Part shown: in pieces, positions 39,235 to 52,136 of the stretch
Numbering within the stretch: position 1 is the stretch's first letter
Layout of the letters: every line of letters begins with the position of its first letter
Assembly: GCA_964199315.1 (NCBI GenBank)
Contig: OZ116707.1
Location: forward strand, 17,546,001-17,610,000
Direction of reading: 5' to 3'
From: Orbicella franksi
Lineage: Eukaryota
Length of the DNA: 64,000 bases
Position numbers and translations under genes: made by a program
Notes under the pieces: generated by a model
Database searches by the model: none
Told to the model about the DNA's origin: nothing
The model's input: the letters and a program-made list of their open reading frames with translations, nothing else

Positions 39235-39537
39235 ATGAAGAGCACACACGTGTTGATAGCCCTTGGCGCGTTTTTTCTTTTGACAATGCTGTTTGCTGAA
39301 AGTGAAGGCATTGGAAATTTGATTCCATCAGGAAAAAGACAGTTGCATGAAAAGGTTTGTATTCACGAAGCAGCAGTATTTCATATTAGTTAATCGAGTT
39401 GATTTTACCCAACATCTTTTGAGAACACGAGAAAGAGCCTGGATAATCAGGCGTACAAGAGCGCTGGTGCCAAATCTCAAGTGTGCCAAAGCAACGAAGC
39501 CAAGGTGTTTAGAAAACCTAACATTATCAGCGACTAA
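39235..39537 (+). CDS. Small secreted prepropeptide gene A (divergent family member); exon 1 39235-39354, possible exon 2 39424-39537
   Basis: Exon 1 reads MKSTHVLIALGAFFLLTMLFAESEG-IGNLIPS-GKR-QLHEK with a phase-0 GT donor, like its paralogs. Exon 2 is uncertain: weak GAG acceptor, NTRKSLDNQAYKSAGAKSQVCQSNEAKVFRKPNIISD*. Confidence 0.6.
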
Positions 39538-40832
39538 CTTGTAAATGTCTGGGCAATATAGAGACTAAGAAAAAAAGAACCTGTGCCCGCAAATTTCTTT
39601 ATACCAAAAGATCGGTCTACCATACAAACATAAATATTTTAAATGCTTTTTCATTTAATGCGATTCGAAAAAACACTTCGAACGTTCGTAAGTTACCAGT
39701 GGGTCTGACTTCAAAGTGATGATGGCTCTATTAATTTTAACAAAACGTGTTCTAGCCAATATATCGTTTCCAAAATGGCCAACAGCTATAGATCTTCGAA
39801 ATGAGATCACCTCATAAATGTAAGACGTGATTTGTCCGTCAGATTATAAATATCAGAAGCTAGTAACATAACAGAGAAATTTACATTTGGAAATATATCA
39901 AACGCCATATTGCTAATAGAAAATTGTGAAATGGAATAATATTTATGTTCCGTTAGACGAAGAGTTTCGAACGCACATAGAATCACTCGGCTTATTTAAT
40001 TTAACTTTTTTTTCTCACGTGCGTTATACGTATCTTCGAACAATTCTTGGCAACCCTCTGCAAAACACAAAAGACAACACTTTGAGGATCGTTAACCACG
40101 GCGGTCGATATTTCGTATTTGAGTGCTGTCTTCACTTGTGTAGCTAAGCTAGGTTTTAGACCTACAGATAGACAGAGAGACACTGAACACCTCTAAGCAA
40201 TTGCGACACTCTGAAAAAAAATTATCAATGCAATTTTTCGTCTGGTGTTACCCTGCCGTCGCTCATCTTTCTGCTATCGATCTTTCGTTCAATCTTACAT
40301 TTCCACTGAAAAACACCGAAGAAAGGCTTGTAACAAAACGAAGTCAACTCTAATCTCGCTTTTGCCTCGAGAGACAGGGATCCCAATCACACCACTGACC
40401 TTAACACTAATCCAAACTTTACAAGGTGCATTAGTTATAACAAATTCCGGACGATTATAATTTTGGGCAAAAAAAGTGTCCGAAAATAAGACCGTCCAAA
40501 ATTTTACAGCGTCCGAAATTTTAAGAAATTTTGATTGAGGAAAGTAACGGCTTTGTAGAATTGGTGCCATTTTCTCGTCGGTGTTTCTGTAAAAACTTGA
40601 GGGAGCAGTTAAACCATCATTTTCACAGCTGTTGTTTTAGTCTAATTCGTGTTCGTTACAAAGTGTCGGAAAGTTTTGTCCGAAATTTGTCATAATTAGG
40701 TAGAAATTGTCTGAGTATTAAAGTTCCGAAATAAAACTACCGAAATTTTAACGTCCGAATTTTTTGCAAGTAATGTATAGGCATTCATTTTTTTGTTTAC
40801 CAAAACCCGAAATTTTAATTCAATTCAATTTA

Positions 40833-41481
40833 GGCCCGGTCCAAACGCCGTTCCACTCATGTGCCCAACCAAACTTGATTAAGTTCGACTTTAGAGCGAC
40901 TTTGGAGCGACGGCTGGTTCAGACGGCGTACTTGCGTCGAACTTAATTCGAGAAGCCGATAGTAACAATTTTCGACGAGACAATGTACGTTCCGAATTCA
41001 AGAACTCCGTCCAAATAGAAAAGCTATGGCTAACATTTCGCTCTTATAGCAATATTTAGGAAAGCAAATTCAAACTCAAGGTTCAGTACTTGTGTTTAGA
41101 CAGGTTTTCTCCCGGTTAATTCGACTTGCTAAAGGGGAATCTCGTAAGCTGGGCTATTATCACGAAGAAAAAGCAAAAATGAATTTGCTTATACAGTCCC
41201 GCGACTGCTCACGCCACTTAATTTTGACCCAATCACGAGTCCCGTTATATGAAAAGCACATTACAGTAATTTATGCATTAGGTTCGACACATGAGGAGAA
41301 CGCCGTATGAATCAGCTGCCGCTCCAACGTTGCATAGTGCGACAGACCCTGCCGAATTTAATGTTGTTTGCCGCACCAAACCTAACCTGCCGAACCAAAC
41401 TGATTCAAACGCCGCTCTTCTGCCGTACTTAACTCATCAGTTAGGTTCGGCGCACGAGTGGAGCGGAGTTTGGAACGGGCC
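40833..41481 (+). mobile_element. PIF/Harbinger-type non-autonomous element, 649 bp (left inversion breakpoint)
   Basis: ~26-bp TIRs ggcccggtccaaacgccgttccactc / gagtggagcggagtttggaacgggcc. The flanks are TTA on the left and TAA on the right, so they do not match. Confidence 0.9.
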
Positions 41482-41609
41482 TAAGTTAAAAAGGAAATTT
41501 AGATACATTTTAATTAAAACAGGACCAAGCGAGACTCATGTACGCCGCACTGAAACACTCAATGTTGCTCAACAATTTTTATCGTTTATCTTTTAATTTT
41601 CTTCTAAAG

Positions 41610-41726
41610 TTCAAAAGAGTGGAAAGTAACGTGTGCATTGTGGCAAGAAGACTTGGATGCGAGGGAATGGAAAAGACCGTCTATGACGACCGCAACGAAC
41701 AACAAGGAAAACCAGCCGAATACTGA
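41610..41726 (+). pseudogene. Orphan exon 2 of prepropeptide gene E
   Basis: FKRVESNVCIVARRLGCEGMEKTVYDDRNEQQGKPAEY*. The upstream intron matches 53345-53467 only as far as the MITE. Confidence 0.8.
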
Positions 41727-41920
41727 TTAACGCTGAACATTGTAACTTCAGAAGAATCAGATGATGATAATTATAGCATGGGATAAATACTGATAAATTG
41801 TAAGAAGTATAAAATAAAGCAATCGTCATAGTTGCAGCATTGCTTTCTCATTCACTTATCAAGCCACTTTTTGCGGTCTTCGGCTAACGTTTTAACAGGC
41901 AGACTCTAATTTAACTGCGC

Positions 41921-42969
41921 TAGCAGCAGCAGTAGCAGTAGTAGCAGCGGTAGCAGCAGTNNNNNNNNNNNNNNNNNNNNNNNNNNNNNNNNNNNNNNNN
42001 NNNNNNNNNNNNNNNNNNNNNNNNNNNNNNNNNNNNNNNNNNNNNNNNNNNNNNNNNNNNNNNNNNNNNNNNNNNNNNNNNNNNNNNNNNNNNNNNNNNN
42101 NNNNNNNNNNNNNNNNNNNNNNNNNNNNNNNNNNNNNNNNNNNNNNNNNNNNNNNNNNNNNNNNNNNNNNNNNNNNNNNNNNNNNNNNNNNNNNNNNNNN
42201 NNNNNNNNNNNNNNNNNNNNNNNNNNNNNNNNNNNNNNNNNNNNNNNNNNNNNNNNNNNNNNNNNNNNNNNNNNNNNNNNNNNNNNNNNNNNNNNNNNNN
42301 NNNNNNNNNNNNNNNNNNNNNNNNNNNNNNNNNNNNNNNNNNNNNNNNNNNNNNNNNNNNNNNNNNNNNNNNNNNNNNNNNNNNNNNNNNNNNNNNNNNN
42401 NNNNNNNNNNNNNNNNNNNNNNNNNNNNNNNNNNNNNNNNNNNNNNNNNNNNNNNNNNNNNNNNNNNNNNNNNNNNNNNNNNNNNNNNNNAGTAGTAGCA
42501 GTGGCAGCAGTAGTAGCAGTGGCAGCAGTAGCAGCAGTAGTAGCAGTGGCAGCAGTGGCAGCAGTAGTAGCAGTGGCAGCAGTAGCAGCAGTAGTAGCAG
42601 TGGCAGCAGTAGCAGCAGTAGTAGCAGTAGCAGCAGTAGCAGCAGTAGTAGCAGTAGCAGCAGTAGTAGCAGAAGCAGCAGTAGCAGCAGTAGTAGCAGT
42701 ATTAGCAGTAGCAGCAGTAGTAGCAGTGGCAGCAGTAGCAACAGTAGTAGCAGTGGCAGCAGTAGTAGCAGTGGCAGCAGTAGCAGCAGTGGCAGCAGTA
42801 GTACCAGTGGCAGCAGTAGCAGCAGTAGTAGCAGTGGCAGCAGTAGCAGCAGTAGTAGCAGTGGCAGCAGTAGCAGCAGTAGTAGCAGTAGCAGCAGTAG
42901 CAGCAGTAGTAGCAGTAGTAGCAGTTGGAGGAGGGGGAGGGGGAGGGGGAGGAGGAGGAGGAGGAGGAG
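41921..42969. repeat. Compound trinucleotide microsatellite (GCA/GTA/GTG)n followed by (GGA)n, spanning an assembly gap
   Basis: Visible directly in the sequence. It produces the poly-Leu and poly-Ala/Val ORFs in the track. Confidence 0.97.
41961..42490. other. Assembly gap (530 N)
   Basis: Run of n. Confidence 1.
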
Positions 42970-44798
42970 CTTGAAATAACTTTCTTTGGTTTGCCTTGTG
43001 GCCTTCAGTGGTAGTAGCATCACAACTTGAATCTTTGCTTCTCTGAATCGCTGATGTATTACAGGATTATAGTGCTGTTTAGATAGATATCGCTCCTTCT
43101 TCATAACATCTCGTCTAATTCATGAAAGAATTCCTCAAACACGATGTTCTTCGCACAGCAACACTGACCTAACACTACCATGTCAATGTAAACTATGACT
43201 ATTTTTATTCTCAGAAATCGCGCAATTCTCCGTACTTTTGTTATTCATTCCGCAAATTTAGATTCTCTGGAACTCAAGTCTTCCTTGCGTGATCGATATG
43301 CAAATAAATTTCCTTGTGTGGAATTTAATAAAGTTTAAGACACTCACAAAAATATTTGCATCACTTTGCTTGTTTTAATTTTTTGTCGTAAAACGTTGAT
43401 CCAGAACAGTTTTGTCCAGCGTACTATTTTATCGTGAATCTCTTCAGGGCTTATATCGGGAGTCGCCTATGAAAATTTACAAAGGCAGAATATTATAGGC
43501 ATATATACATAATTTATATTAGCTCTACACACGCTACCATTACAAAGTATGCAAATATTTATTTATTAAATCAGATTTTCCTGAGATTGATTACGTACCT
43601 CAACTGTTACTGCAAGTTGCTTTTCTCGCTTCATCGCGTAGTGATGTTTCCTGCAACTCGTGCAGACAACTTGAGTGGAAACAAAGGAAAAAGATACGAT
43701 AAAGAAAGGCGGAAAAGATACGATAAAGAAAGGTAAATAAAGATAACGATAAAGATAAATTCAGAGGGAAAGGCTTTTATTTTGAGTTAGAGAGAGCTCA
43801 AGTAATACTAAAATTTTTGTATGTAATGTTGTGGCTCCTGCAACATTCTCTTATTTGCCTCTCAGAATGTTCAGGGACTAACGAGCGAAAGAAGAAAATG
43901 CGCCGAAAACCTTCCTCATGTTGTGTCTTCTTGCGACGGGACATTTCCAAGTGCTTGCGTATTTTGCTCGCTCGGAAGTGTAGTGAGAAAGAATAAGAGA
44001 CTACTGATTGTCTATCCAAGTCGAAATTGCCGTATTTTTCTTTCGCAAACTCATTGATTGCATGAAACACTGGGCGTCTACTGACTTCTTTACCCCTTCC
44101 ACCTCTTCCATGAAAGCTCGGTGATACCTAATCTCTCACGCGCCCCTTCCCACCACTTTCTCCTAACTGCTGAGAATTCAACCCCTTGAAATATTGCAGC
44201 CGTTTAGAAGTCCTAAGGAAATGACCCTTGTTTCCCACGGAACGTAAAAAATTGTCTGAAATAAGTACTTAACACTGATAACTTGCAATGTAGAGGCTAA
44301 TGCAGAAGTGAAACGCCCGTGAGCCCATGCCACGCCCTCTTTCCCAGTCCCCGCGTGTTTTATTGTCACGTCCTTGCATTTCCTTAACCAGTTGGAACAC
44401 AAAAGGAAACAAAATATAGTAAACGTGCTGTTTTTTTTTTTCGCAGTTCTGAATTTGCGGTTAAAACCCAGCCTAAGTAGGATAGATATTCATATTTATG
44501 AAACCGATCATAGTGCAGTCTTCGGTTGCGATACCTGTGGCTCGTATAAAAAAAAGGAAAAACTTGTGATATCGCTTTTTTTTTCAATACAAACTAATAG
44601 TTACCTATATCAGTACGCAATAATCAGACATCAGAACTGTTTTCCAGCGTCAAAGCCCCGCAAATGTTTTGGGAATCGCGTGTAGCCTCTGGTCACGAAA
44701 AGTAAATAATATTGTTTTCAATAAATTTCTCTCTTTCTTAGATTTCTTTACGTATTGTTACCGAATAAAAACCCTTTTATATAGGCCAGAAAATCCAG

Positions 44799-44832
<34 letters not shown>

Positions 44833-45710
44833 CCGTCCAGAAGGATAATGCGTCCTCGCCGTTTTTATACTAAAGAGGAATTATCTGTCTGGACGAACTT
44901 GGGCAAGCATTTGTTGTTCGTCTAGTTATGCGTCTTTAGTATAAAGACGGGCACAAGACATATTATGCGTCTTGACGAACTATTCTCCTAGTTCGTCGTT
45001 CAAGACGAATTTCGAAGTATAGTTCGTCTAGACGCATAATACGTCTCGTGCCCGTCTTTATACCAGAGACGCATAACCAGACGAACTACAAATGCTTGCC
45101 CAAGTTCGTCCAGACGGATAATAAGTCTTTAGTATAAAAACGGCCATTGAGTTACGATTAGTTTTTCATACCTGCTCCAACGGGAACTGTTTGGTTTTCG
45201 AGGATATAGACGCACAATCCACAATTGCATAAGATACTGCTGTGTTAAAGCGTGATCAGCCGAGAACCTCAGACACTGCTGTTTTGCCTTTGGGAAAGTT
45301 TGCGGAGCTTTTTCTGGTCTCATCTACCAGGAGCTTGCCATTTTCTCACAATTTCTTGCTTAGCAGCTTGAAATGACTTTCTTTGGTTTGCCTTGTAACC
45401 TTGAGTGGTAGCATCACAACTTGAATCTTTGTTTCTCTACACCACTGATGTATTACAGGATTATAATGCTGTTTAGATAGATATCGCTCCTTCTTCATAA
45501 CATCTCGTCTAATTCATGAAAGAATTCCACAAACACGCAACGATGTTCTTCGCACAGCAACACTGACCTAACACTACCATGTCAATGTTGACTATGACTA
45601 TTTTTTTTCTCAGAAATCGCGCAATTTCCGTACTTTTGTTATTCATTCCGCAAATTTAGATTCTCTGTAACTCAAGTCTTCCTTGTGTGATCGATATGAA
45701 ATAAATTTCC
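42970..45710. repeat. ~340-bp direct duplication (42970-43310 and 45365-45710)
   Basis: Both copies read cttgaaat(a/g)actttctttggtttgccttgt...ctcaagtcttccttg(c/t)gtgatcgatatg. Confidence 0.85.
44801..45148. mobile_element. Palindromic MITE
   Basis: aatggccgtttttatacta / tagtataaaaacggccatt with long complementary arms. Confidence 0.75.
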
Positions 45711-48700
45711 ATGTTTCCAGCCCTAATTTTTTCAGGCTTCTTCTTTCCAATTGTGTAAATTGGAAATTTACTGCGATTATCATTCTTGACTGTTATCTAC
45801 AACCGCAGTTCAAATATGAATTATTTCATATATACTTCACATCAATGCGAAAATTGAAATAAACAGCTTTAGCTATTAAGACAAGTTATCTCCCTCGCAT
45901 TTGTCGTCCTTGATTGACTCGAACTCTTTTCATATTCTTCCTTGTGTGACATCTAATCCCTTTTCCGCATGTGTGCGCTAGGCTACTCAGATATCCCTAT
46001 GGCAAAGAAAATCAAACTTGGAAATACGTTGATACCGGTGTCGTGCAATCGTAAACAATAGGCTTTTTAGGCGATAAATCGGCCATTTTGAAGTTTATTG
46101 TTTCAAATAACTATTATGGGATGTTAATTTGCTCCCTGGGCATCCCATAATAGCTATTTGAAACAATAGACTTCAAAATGGCCGATTTATCGTCAAAAAG
46201 GTCCTTGAGCGCAGTCTCCCCCACCCCTCCCTCCCCCTCTCCCCTGCTAAACCGAGCCGAGTAATAGTGATTTTGCCTTGAATCCAAAGTTGTTTATGGA
46301 AATAATACCGGGAAAAGTTCTGACAGAAACTCTAGAGAGTTGAAGCAACCAAGACGGCGAAGTCGAGGAAAACGTCGATTGAAAAATGAATTTATAGTAA
46401 ACAATGAACCTCGCGATAATATAGAGTCATTCAGTTTGTCTAATACAGTCATAGCTAACTCAAAACGGAATATGTAAAACAACCTTGAGTTGGAAAAATA
46501 CAATTTGGCAATTTTACGTCGTACTTTTCTAGAGAACGCCAAATAAATGTACCAAGATTTATAACACTCGTGTAGAGCCATTGTACTGCTTATTAAACCC
46601 TTTGTTGGTGACATTCCTGATTCCGTTACCGTTGTGGGGAGCTTAAAATCCATTCTATCCTTCAGGAAACCTCTCAGTTAACCAAAGACAATTGGTTGAA
46701 AGGTAAACAATTGGGTTGACGTCAGACAGTGGATAAAACTTCGAAAGGTGAGCGACTGTTAACACTAAACGATGAATAAGAACCTTCGATTCATAAACGC
46801 CTGCTATTTCTTTCATTCTTGGAAATATTTTTCTTCAGCTGTACTACTATAAACACTTTTCAAAACTTATGTTAATTTACAATACGTTCTTAATGTATTT
46901 CCAAAGTAATACTTTAGAAAAGCGGGGGTTCATAGATAGCGACAAATGTTTGTCGATTTGTAAAAAATTATCTCGCCATGTAATACACCACAAAAAAAGA
47001 AAGATTTTTTTCCTTCTACTACAAATGTTGACATTGTGACTTGCTTTTTGTTTTAGTGGTAATCTTGCAAGAGTTTCCAGGACATTTCAAGGATCACTGT
47101 GTTTGGTTCCATGCTGTTTCCAAGTACAATCAACGTTAAAGTTTTACTACATTTTCTATCTTGGTTTAATACGTATCGGTTGTCTAGTTTTAAAGTTTAT
47201 AAACTCCGGTTCTTTTTAAATTTGTTTATGTCCCCGGCTGATATCCCTCGGTATCAAAAGAAGGAACTAGTCCTACTTTTAATTTGTGCAAAGCAAGCGA
47301 TCTTTGTTGAAAAAAGATTCGAGAGTATACAGTTTCTATTACAGAAAACTTTCAAAGGAATTGAAGCCAGGCAATATAATAACATTGTCAACTTCATAAA
47401 ATAATTAAAATGTTTTATATAATTTTCATCAACAGCTTGTAACTAGACGTACTCACCTGAAAACCAGTTTTCTAGAAATATGGATTTTACCTCGTCAGCC
47501 GGTTCCCCATATAAGCACACTTTTCGATTTATCCTAGGTGGAAATAGGCAAGGAAAGTTTCCTCAGATTCCAGGACTCTATAGGAGAAAGTAATTCCTGT
47601 TATTAAGTGCAAACAATATTTTTTTCAAACGAAAATGACACACAAAAAAACTCTCATGCGAGTGCTGGGTTTCACTTGGGTATCACATAAAGCCAATTAC
47701 TATTTTTGTTCCAGGAGAAAGATCATTTTACTAAAAAGAAGATTGAACAGGTTGCATTGGTAATAGCAAGTGGCTTCCAGAGCGGCCTTGTGTACAAAAC
47801 AACAATAACAAAATAGTTATAAATATTGGACAAGAACATAAAAACGTGGATAAGAACTTCAAAACCTCGGGTTAAAAACTGTTTAAAAACTAGATAAAAG
47901 ATACGAGTATAAGAATACGAATATAAGGAGGCGCTTACACTGATCATGTAAGAATTAAGACTTAACGTTTTCGAACCTCTGTTAAAATTATTTGTAATGT
48001 GTAGATAAAAGACCGGGTGGACGGATTTTGTTTCTGAATTCAAACAATAGATGAAAAATACGAGTACATAAACACGAATATAAGAAGGCGTTTTAAGTGA
48101 TCATATAAGAATTAAGAAGGAAATTCTCCTAAGTTCTGTTTAAATTATTTCTGATCATGTGTAGATAAAAGCCCGGCTGAACAGATTTTGTTTCTGAATT
48201 GTGCTATCTGTCACCATACTGAATCTTCCCAGTCACCACCTGCCTAAACAGAAATTCAGATTTTTTCATTGTCCGCCAAACGAGGCAGATGAACGTAAAG
48301 ACAAACTTGAAAGCAGCGAGTGTCAAAAATCGCCGACCCATTTGAAGGATGAAGGATTTATGGTTCAAATAGTTGAGTTTTTTTCACATATAATGTAATG
48401 GAATACTGATAATTTTATCTTTAAAAATTTGCGGCGCCTGGTAGTAAAATGAAGTCATCTTGATTGACAGTACGTGATCTCTCCATCCATTTCTACTGTA
48501 TGTCCGTTTACTTAAACGGTGGGCGCGATTTCTTGAAAAATTATCTTTTAAAAGCTATTCCCTCGTTGATAAGTAATTTTGTAATTATTCACTTTACAAG
48601 CACAAATTGTTTACTACGTATAATGTTATAACGGGCTTATTTTACAGGAAAATCCATTTTGTAATACCATCCAGGATCTCTAAATAATACGCTGTTGTAA

Positions 48701-49498
48701 ATACTCTCTGATTGCGTTCCCCTGCCATCTCTCAACCCCTTATTCCAGGACATTTCAAGGATCACTGTATTTGGCTCCATGCTGCTTCCAAGTACAATCA
48801 ACGTTAAAGTTTTACTACATTTTCTATCTTGGTTTAATGCGTATCAGTTGTCTAGTCTTAAAGTTTGTAAACTCCGGTTCCGCTGCCATCTCTCAACCCT
48901 TTATTCCAAATCCCCATGAATACACTATTTATTTTTCGGGCGCCTCTCCACCCACCAGAATACCTAGATTAGGCTACGGCTACTTTCATTACAAGAGCAC
49001 TCGTAAAATATATCTTCGTAGGTTTTCCAGAAAAACAACTGTTTAAATAAAGTCGGCCGTTAACACCACAAGATTGTGGAGGCGTAAATTTAAATAAAAT
49101 TTGAAATTCTTCGAAATTCTGCACCACTTTTTTATAATAATATATGTAATTGTACTTTAAAGCGGAATCTTTTTGTAAAGAAGCTGCTTATCAAAAATGT
49201 GATAGCACATTGTTAAAAAAGGTGCCTTATGCCTTAAGAGTTCAGTAAAATAGACAGCATCCAAAATTAACCCTATTATATTTCTTCCTGAAAACTTTAA
49301 TCGGTTAGTTAATAGGTCGGACTTTTCGTTTTCTTTAGGATATCGTAATCTGACTATAATGGGAATGCAGAATACAGAGTCACATTGGCGGCTGAAACGA
49401 TATAATAAGTCGAAGAATATTCGAATTTCTTAATAACTAAAAGGCAATTTTGTGAGTTACTGAATTTCTGACTCCACTGTTCCACAGGTATCAAAAGA

Positions 49499-50201
49499 AT
49501 GAAGAACCAAGCCGTCGTTTCTCTTTTTACATTTCTTCTCATCGCAGCTTTGCTTCCAAAAAGTGACTGCTTTTCAGGACCTTTGCCATCAGGAAAAAGA
49601 GAATTACAAGGAAAGATTGGCTTTTGTTATGTTTGGGTTTTTTTCCATTGTTACACCAAACAGTGTAGTAGCTTGTACTTGTTTTACTTGAGTGTATTAT
49701 TTGAATATCGTATTATGTTAAGCACCTCGCATTTAACTCAACTTTATTTCTGCGTGGTTATCTTAGGAACTTTTAAGCTCTCGAGATGACGTCGACTCCG
49801 AAATGTTCCAGGCCCAGAAATAATCCCAAATTGAGGCTGACATGATCCCAACCCCAAATGATCAGCACGTTTTTCTAATCTGGGCTTAGAGTGATCCCCA
49901 ACTATACATACAAAAAAAATAAGATGGGGATATGGTCAGGTGGCTCAATATCAGTTTCCAAAACTTTACAAAGCCAAAACAAGAAGAAAGACATTGAAAC
50001 GGATATCCAACTAATAATTGTAGGTCTCAAAGCTGACAAGATTTGCACGAAATGTGAAGTCTGATAGCATTGGTTTTCTTTTTTTAATTTTTTCTTCTAC
50101 AGTTCAAAAGAGTGACAAGTAACGTGTGTCTTGTGGCAAGAACTCTTGGATGCGGGGGCATAGAACAGAACGTCTACGAGGACCGCAGTGAACAGCGATG
50201 A
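49499..50201 (+). pseudogene. Prepropeptide gene B (donor mutated); exons 49499-49615 and 50103-50201
   Basis: MKNQAVVSLFTFLLIAALLPKSDC-FSGPLPS-GKR-ELQGK|FKRVTSNVCLVARTLGCGGIEQNVYEDRSEQR*. The donor is AT (49616-17) where paralogs have GT, and a GGA-to-TGA change truncates the tail. Confidence 0.8.
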
Positions 50202-52136
50202 AAACTAGCCAAATACTGATTAATACTGAACCTTGTAATTTCGGAAGAATTACATGATGATAATTATAACAAATTATAACAAATACAATAAAGTAGCTGT
50301 GCAGTTATTTCTACAGCACCTTTAACATCATTACTTTAATATTGCTTTACCATTCACTTATCAATTCATTCTTCCTGGTCTTACGGCAAGTTTGCCATCA
50401 GAGTAATAAATGCATCGCAGACCACATTTTAACCATGCTAAAGTTACTCATTATTTACTGACTGATTGACCGACCGACCGACCGACCGCCCGTCGACCAA
50501 CTCACCGACTGACTGAAAGATGGATAGATTTCTTTACCTGTTTTCCATTTCGATTCGATATTAAAAAGAGGCACTTGTGCCTTCAATTACAGACCCTCGT
50601 TTTGAATTCTTATAGGTCATTTGAATGCTTCAGTTTTGATGCTATAATAGCTTTATTTCGTGATTATTTTATATAACAATATTTGATTTCTTCTGCAACC
50701 CCATAATATAGTTTAACGTTCAATAACAAACTGCTAAGTAGAGGGCATTTTGTGATTGTAATACCTACAATGACATCTTTTCTGGCACGGTGTACGAATA
50801 GGCTTTTAGATTTCTACAGGGCTCTACAGGAAAAAACTAATTCCTCTTACTAAGTGCTAACAAAATTTTTTTTTTTAAACGCAAATAATAAACGAAACTC
50901 TCATGCAAGTGCTGGGTTTCACCTCCTATTTATGGGTACCACGTGCACATTAAGCCAATTACCATTTTAAGTCCAGAAAAAGATCATTTTAATACAGAGC
51001 ATTTTTGGACAGGGTGCAGTGGTCACAAAAAAGAGGCTTACAGAACCTTTTGGAAAAAGCAAAACAAAAATAATTAAACAGTTAAAAATATTGGACAGGA
51101 ACATAAAAACGTAGATAAGAACTTCAAAACCTCTGGTTAAAAACTATTTAAAAGCTAGATGAAAAATACGAGTACATAAATAGGAATATAATTAAGCGTT
51201 TTCAGTGATTATATAGGAATTGAGACTGAAGCTCTCCTAACCTCTATTTAAATTATTTCTAATGTGTAGATAAAAGCCCTGGTGAACGGATTTTTTTACT
51301 GAATTGTGAGATCTGTCATCGCACTGCAATGTTCTCAGTCACCACGTGCCCAAACAGGAATTCGTATATTTTTTGATGTCCGGCACAAGAGACAGATGAA
51401 CGTAAAGAGGAATCTTGGAAGCATTGAGAATCAAAAATCGCCGACATATTTGAAGGGTGAAGAGGATTTATGATTCAAATGGTTGAGTTATTTCACAAAT
51501 GATGTAATGGAATACTAATAGCTTTTACCTTTGTCCCTGGAAGTGAAATGCAGCCAGTTTGATTAACTGTGCGTGCCTGTGCCATCCACTTGTCCTTTAT
51601 TTAAAAAAAAACACCTTATATCTAAAGAGTCCGGTAAAATAGACACATTCAGTCTTAAGTTCGGCTGGGTAAAATGGACCTTTTTAGCTTGGGTGATTTG
51701 TTGCCCAATTTCAGACCATGTAACGATAATCTTGAGAATTCTTGCTTTCAAATTTTTAAATGGTCACGTGCATATGAATAAATAATTTTTAGATGGACGA
51801 AAGAGAATATTACGTGGTCTGTAATGAGAAAACAAACCGCCCAAGCTAAAAAAAGTCTATTAATGCTGAGTTTGGCACTAGCGGTGCAGTTTTGGAACCT
51901 TAAGTTGTAAGGATTATATTCCTTCTCTTAAAACTTTAATCGGTTAGTTAATAGGTCGGACTTTTGTTTTGCTTTAGGATAACGTAATGTGATAGTATAA
52001 TGGGGATGCAGAATACAGCGTCACATTGGCGGCTGAAACTATATATATATCAAGTCAAACAATATTCTTAAAAACTAAAAGGCAATTTTGTGAGTTACTG
52101 AATTTCTGACTCCACTGCTCCAGAAATATCAAAAGA

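Noticed and set aside
39354-41610. Splicing gene A exon 1 to the exon 2 at 41610 as one ordinary gene
   Set aside because: It is phase-compatible and cannot be excluded as a new chimeric transcript. However, the intron sequence and swapped TSDs show that this exon 2 originally belonged to gene E.
41920-43104. 394-aa poly-Leu ORF and 157-aa Ala/Val ORF (42501-42974)
   Set aside because: These are translations of the trinucleotide microsatellite and the N gap, with no independent coding evidence.
43798-44070. 90-aa minus-strand ORF
   Set aside because: No recognisable motif, splice partners or paralog.
46294-46653. 119-aa minus-strand ORF
   Set aside because: The composition is not protein-like and the sequence resembles a dispersed non-coding repeat.
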